Assembly (NCBI RefSeq): GCF_964059055.1
Contig: NZ_OZ060386.1
Location: 90,001-122,000, forward strand
Direction: 5' to 3'
Length of the DNA: 32,000 bases
From: Buchnera aphidicola (Neophyllaphis podocarpi)
Lineage (GTDB): Bacteria > Pseudomonadota > Gammaproteobacteria > Enterobacterales > Enterobacteriaceae
Of this stretch, positions 28,905 to 32,000 are shown piece after piece. The notes under the pieces are model-generated. The model made no database searches. It worked only from the letters and a program-made list of their open reading frames with translations, and was not told the DNA's origin. The position numbers and the translations under genes are program-made. Positions within the stretch are counted from its first letter, which is position 1; every line of letters starts with the position of its first letter.

Positions 28905-29201
28905 ATGTTACTTACTAAATCTAAAATTTCAGAATATTTATTTATTACATTAGGAATTAATAAAAATGAAGCAAAAGAACTAGTATTCATTTTTTTTAAA
29001 GAATTGTCTTCTACTTTAATAGATCATGAGAATGTAAAATTATTAGGTTTTGGTAAATTTAATGTCTTAAATAAAAAACAAAGGGTTTGTAGAAATTTTA
29101 AAACTAATCAATCTATTAAAATAAAATCATACGTTTCTATATCTTTTAAATCTAGTAAAAAATTAAAAAATAATATTAAAAAGTATATAATAAAAATTTA
29201 G
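28905..29201 (+). CDS. ihfA: integration host factor alpha subunit homologue (divergent beta-arm)
   Basis: 98 aa, colinear without gaps with recalled E. coli IhfA (LTK...SEYLF..LG....AKELV..FF.E......E.VKL.GFG.F....K.QR..RN.KT). It starts 5 nt after the pheT stop, as in the E. coli pheST-ihfA operon. Confidence 0.88.
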   Translation: MLLTKSKISEYLFITLGINKNEAKELVFIFFKELSSTLIDHENVKLLGFGKFNVLNKKQRVCRNFKTNQSIKIKSYVSISFKSSKKLKNNIKKYIIKI

Positions 29202-29280
29202 TAATATATTAAAAATATGTTTAATTGTACTAATATTGTATTAATTAAATATAATATATTATTTATAATATTGTTCATTT

Positions 29281-29318
29281 TTAATTAATAATATTAAAAT
29301 ATTTTAATATTATTAATT
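29281..29318. repeat. 38-bp perfect A/T-only palindrome between convergent ihfA and glyS (candidate terminator)
   Basis: taattaataatattaaaat|attttaatattattaatta. I checked all 19 pairs and each is complementary. It lies 79 nt after the ihfA stop and 23 nt after the glyS stop, and a T-rich run follows on the + strand. Confidence 0.5.
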
Positions 29319-29341
29319 ATTATTTTTAATTGTATTTATTA

Positions 29342-31246
29342 TTATAAAATTTTTCCAATAGTTTCAAGTACTTTTTTTGTTTTGATTAATAGATTTATTC
29401 TATTAATCTTTAATTTTTTATCAACATCGTTAACCAATACTTTTTTAAAAAAATTATTTACATATTTATTAATTTTTAACAATTCAATTAGTATTTCATA
29501 ATAAAGATTATTGATTTTCATTTTTGATATTTTTATTTTTATGTGTTTTATAAATTTTTCTAAATGCCTTTCTTCTTTAAATTTAAATAACATTGTATTA
29601 ATAGTTTTATCATTTGTATTTTTATCAAATTTAATAATTATTTTATTAATTCTTCTATAATTTTCGAATAATATTTTTGATTTTTCTAATTTATTAAATT
29701 TGTTTATAGCTTTTATTTTTAAATCTATTTCATATAACTTATTTTTTTTTAGTTTTATTATTTTTAAGATATCTTTTAAATTATAACCTTTTTTTATATA
29801 TTTATATTTTAATCTTTCCATAATAAAATTAAAAATTTTTATTTGTAATTTTTCATTTGGTTTATTATTTGAATATAGTTCGATTGATTTTTTTATTATT
29901 TTTAATAAATCTATATTTAATTTATAACTTATGATAATTCTAATAATTCCAATAGTAGATCTACGTATAGCAAAAGGATCTTTATTACTTTTTGGTATAT
30001 TACCTACATAAAACATACCTACTATTGTATCAATTTTATCAGCTATTGATATTGCAGATCCTATTTTATTGCTAGGGATTTTATCTTTAGAAAAACTAGG
30101 ATAGTAATGTTCTTTAATAGCTAATGCTATTTCTTTTTTTTCTTTGTTATATAAAGCATATTGCATACCTGTAATACCTTGAGTTTCTGGAAATTCAAAT
30201 ACCATGTTAGTTACTAGATCAAATTTTGATAATTTTGCTGTTTTTATAGTATCTTTTAGATTTATTTTTATATTTTTAGCGATCCATGATGATATTTTTA
30301 TTATTCTTATAGTTTTATCATACATAGATCCTAATCTTTTATGAAACAATATGTTATTTAAATTATTAACATAATTTTTTAATTTTATTTTTAAATCTTC
30401 TTTCAAAAATAATAATGCATCTATTAAACGAGATTTAATTACATTTTCATTATCTTTTACTATTTTTTCATTATTTGTAGATTTTATATCTATAACAAAT
30501 ATAAAATAAGGCATAAGATTATTATTTTTATTATATACAGGAAAACATTTTTGATAGTTTTTTATTATACATACTAAAATTTCTTTAGGTATTTTTAAAA
30601 ATTTCTCCTGAAAATTACCAACTAAAACAACCGGCCATTCTACTATTGATGTTATCTCTTCTAACAAATTATGATCTATTTTTATTTTTCCTTTTATATT
30701 TTTTATTATTTTTTTTATTCCTCTTTTAATTATTTTTCTTCTAATTTTAGATTCAACTATTACATTGCCTTTTTTAATTAAAATATTAGGATATTCATCT
30801 GTATTTTGAATTTTTATTTTATTTTTATTCATTAATACATGACCATTTACTGTATTTGTAGATTTTAGTCCAAATATTTTTGTTTTTATTATTTTTTTAT
30901 TTAAACATATTAAAATATTACGAATTGGTCTAATAAATTTATATTTTCTACAATTCCAATACATTAATTTTGTTGTTTTTATGCTTATTAAAGATTTTTC
31001 TATTATTATTTTAATTTTTGATTCAATGTTATCTTCTTTTTTATTTTTATTTTTTTTTTTTATATTCTTTAATTTGATTGCTATTCTTCTAGGTGTTGCA
31101 AACCAATATAATTTATCAAATTTTATGTTATTTTTTCTTGAAAAAATTTTTATTTGTTCAACAAAAGATAATATAATTTTATTTAATTTTTTACCAGGGA
31201 GATCTTCAGTTCCAATTTCTATCAATAGTGTATTATTAATAACCAT
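29342..31246 (-). CDS. glyS: glycyl-tRNA synthetase beta subunit (shortened)
   Basis: 634 aa. LLIEIGTEDLP, FATPRRIAIK, IVEWPVVL, MVFEFPETQGITGMQYA, SIADKIDT.VGMF, DPFAIRR and the C-terminal INRINLL are colinear with recalled E. coli GlyS (689 aa), apart from an N-terminal region deletion. Confidence 0.93.
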   Translation of the reverse strand: MVINNTLLIEIGTEDLPGKKLNKIILSFVEQIKIFSRKNNIKFDKLYWFATPRRIAIKLKNIKKKNKNKKEDNIESKIKIIIEKSLISIKTTKLMYWNCRKYKFIRPIRNILICLNKKIIKTKIFGLKSTNTVNGHVLMNKNKIKIQNTDEYPNILIKKGNVIVESKIRRKIIKRGIKKIIKNIKGKIKIDHNLLEEITSIVEWPVVLVGNFQEKFLKIPKEILVCIIKNYQKCFPVYNKNNNLMPYFIFVIDIKSTNNEKIVKDNENVIKSRLIDALLFLKEDLKIKLKNYVNNLNNILFHKRLGSMYDKTIRIIKISSWIAKNIKINLKDTIKTAKLSKFDLVTNMVFEFPETQGITGMQYALYNKEKKEIALAIKEHYYPSFSKDKIPSNKIGSAISIADKIDTIVGMFYVGNIPKSNKDPFAIRRSTIGIIRIIISYKLNIDLLKIIKKSIELYSNNKPNEKLQIKIFNFIMERLKYKYIKKGYNLKDILKIIKLKKNKLYEIDLKIKAINKFNKLEKSKILFENYRRINKIIIKFDKNTNDKTINTMLFKFKEERHLEKFIKHIKIKISKMKINNLYYEILIELLKINKYVNNFFKKVLVNDVDKKLKINRINLLIKTKKVLETIGKIL

Positions 31247-31278
31247 TTTTTTTAACTCTTAAATTATTTGATTCAATA

Positions 31279-32000
31279 TTATGATTTTTTTATGTATGTT
31301 TTAGCTATTTTATTTGTTACATATCTTATTTCTAATATGTATTTTTGTCTTTCAGTTGTTGAAATAGCTTTTCTTGATTCTAATAAATTAAAATAGTGAC
31401 ATGCTTTTAGCATATTTTCGTACGCAGGAATCACCAATGGTTTTTCAATATTTATTATTCTTATAGATTCTTTTAAATATTTTTTAAATAATAGAGAAAT
31501 TAATTCGGTATCAGCTATTTTAAAATTATAATTTGATTGCTCTATTTCATTTTTATAAAATAAATCTTTGTATTTAACTATCTTAAATTGATTTTCATCC
31601 CAAATAATGTCAAAAATATTATTTATTTCTTGACTATACATTGCAATTCTTTCTATTCCATAAGTAATTTCTACACTTATTGGATTACAATCTAATCCTC
31701 CCATTTGTTGAAAATATGTAAATTGAGTAACCTCCATACCATTTATCCATATTTCCCATCCTATACCACACGCACCTAATGTAGGATTTTCCCAATTGTC
31801 TTCTATAAAACGAATATCATTTTTTTTTGTACTTATATTTAGTTTTTCTAGAGATTTTAAATATATATCTTTAATATTTTTTGGCGGAGGTTTAATTATT
31901 ACTTGAAATTGATAATATTGCTGTAATCTATTAATATTTTTTCCATATCTTCCATCTCTAGGTCTCCTAGATATTTGAGTATAAGCCAATAATGTATTAT
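31279..32000 (-). CDS. glyQ: glycyl-tRNA synthetase alpha subunit (N-terminus beyond the window edge)
   Basis: [62 protein letters not shown] and TERQKYIL match recalled E. coli GlyQ from about residue 55 on. The track's 'M' at 31989 is an internal TTG (Leu), and the frame stays open to the window end. Confidence 0.95.
   Translation of the reverse strand, partial: NTLLAYTQISRRPRDGRYGKNINRLQQYYQFQVIIKPPPKNIKDIYLKSLEKLNISTKKNDIRFIEDNWENPTLGACGIGWEIWINGMEVTQFTYFQQMGGLDCNPISVEITYGIERIAMYSQEINNIFDIIWDENQFKIVKYKDLFYKNEIEQSNYNFKIADTELISLLFKKYLKESIRIINIEKPLVIPAYENMLKACHYFNLLESRKAISTTERQKYILEIRYVTNKIAKTYIKKS

Noticed and set aside
30981-31262. 93-aa plus-strand ORF
   Set aside because: It is antisense to the glyS 5' region. 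It is hydrophobic and low-complexity because it is the complement of Lys/Asn-rich coding sequence.

Overview
This window is extremely AT-rich (about 20% G+C by eye, not computed), gene-dense and uses the standard genetic code. It looks like the chromosome of a reduced-genome, Enterobacterales-derived insect endosymbiont. The gene order is hisD(partial)CBHAFI, gnd, rfbB-like ORF, dcd, thiD(-), metG, tilS(-), tRNA-Val(-), ribE, nth, [eroded priA], tyrS, sufA(-), ydiK, aroH, thrS, infC, rpmI, rplT, pheS, pheT, ihfA, glyS(-), glyQ(-, partial). This joins two E. coli-like syntenic blocks and matches my recollection of Buchnera aphidicola gene order, but I cannot verify the organism here. All protein comparisons are against E. 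coli sequences recalled from memory, not database searches. I support 28 protein genes, 1 tRNA, 1 pseudogene and a few hairpin terminators. Everything is housekeeping or biosynthetic. I found no CRISPR array, mobile element, toxin-antitoxin pair, or defence or secretion genes, and no evidence for a novel multi-gene system. The only large unannotated block (about 14.77-17.59 kb, no ORF of 60 aa or more on either strand) is explained as a heavily eroded but still colinear priA pseudogene. The other items worth a second look are signatures of reductive evolution. They are an intact rfbB-like ORF with degenerate cofactor and catalytic motifs, degenerate editing sites in ThrRS and PheRS-beta, and an IHF-alpha lacking its DNA-kinking proline. 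There is also no rsx operon upstream of nth, MetRS and GlyRS-beta are shortened, and glyS carries a 12-nt poly(A) tract. infC has a non-AUG start, the tRNA gene does not encode CCA, and there are long A/T-only palindromes downstream of genes.
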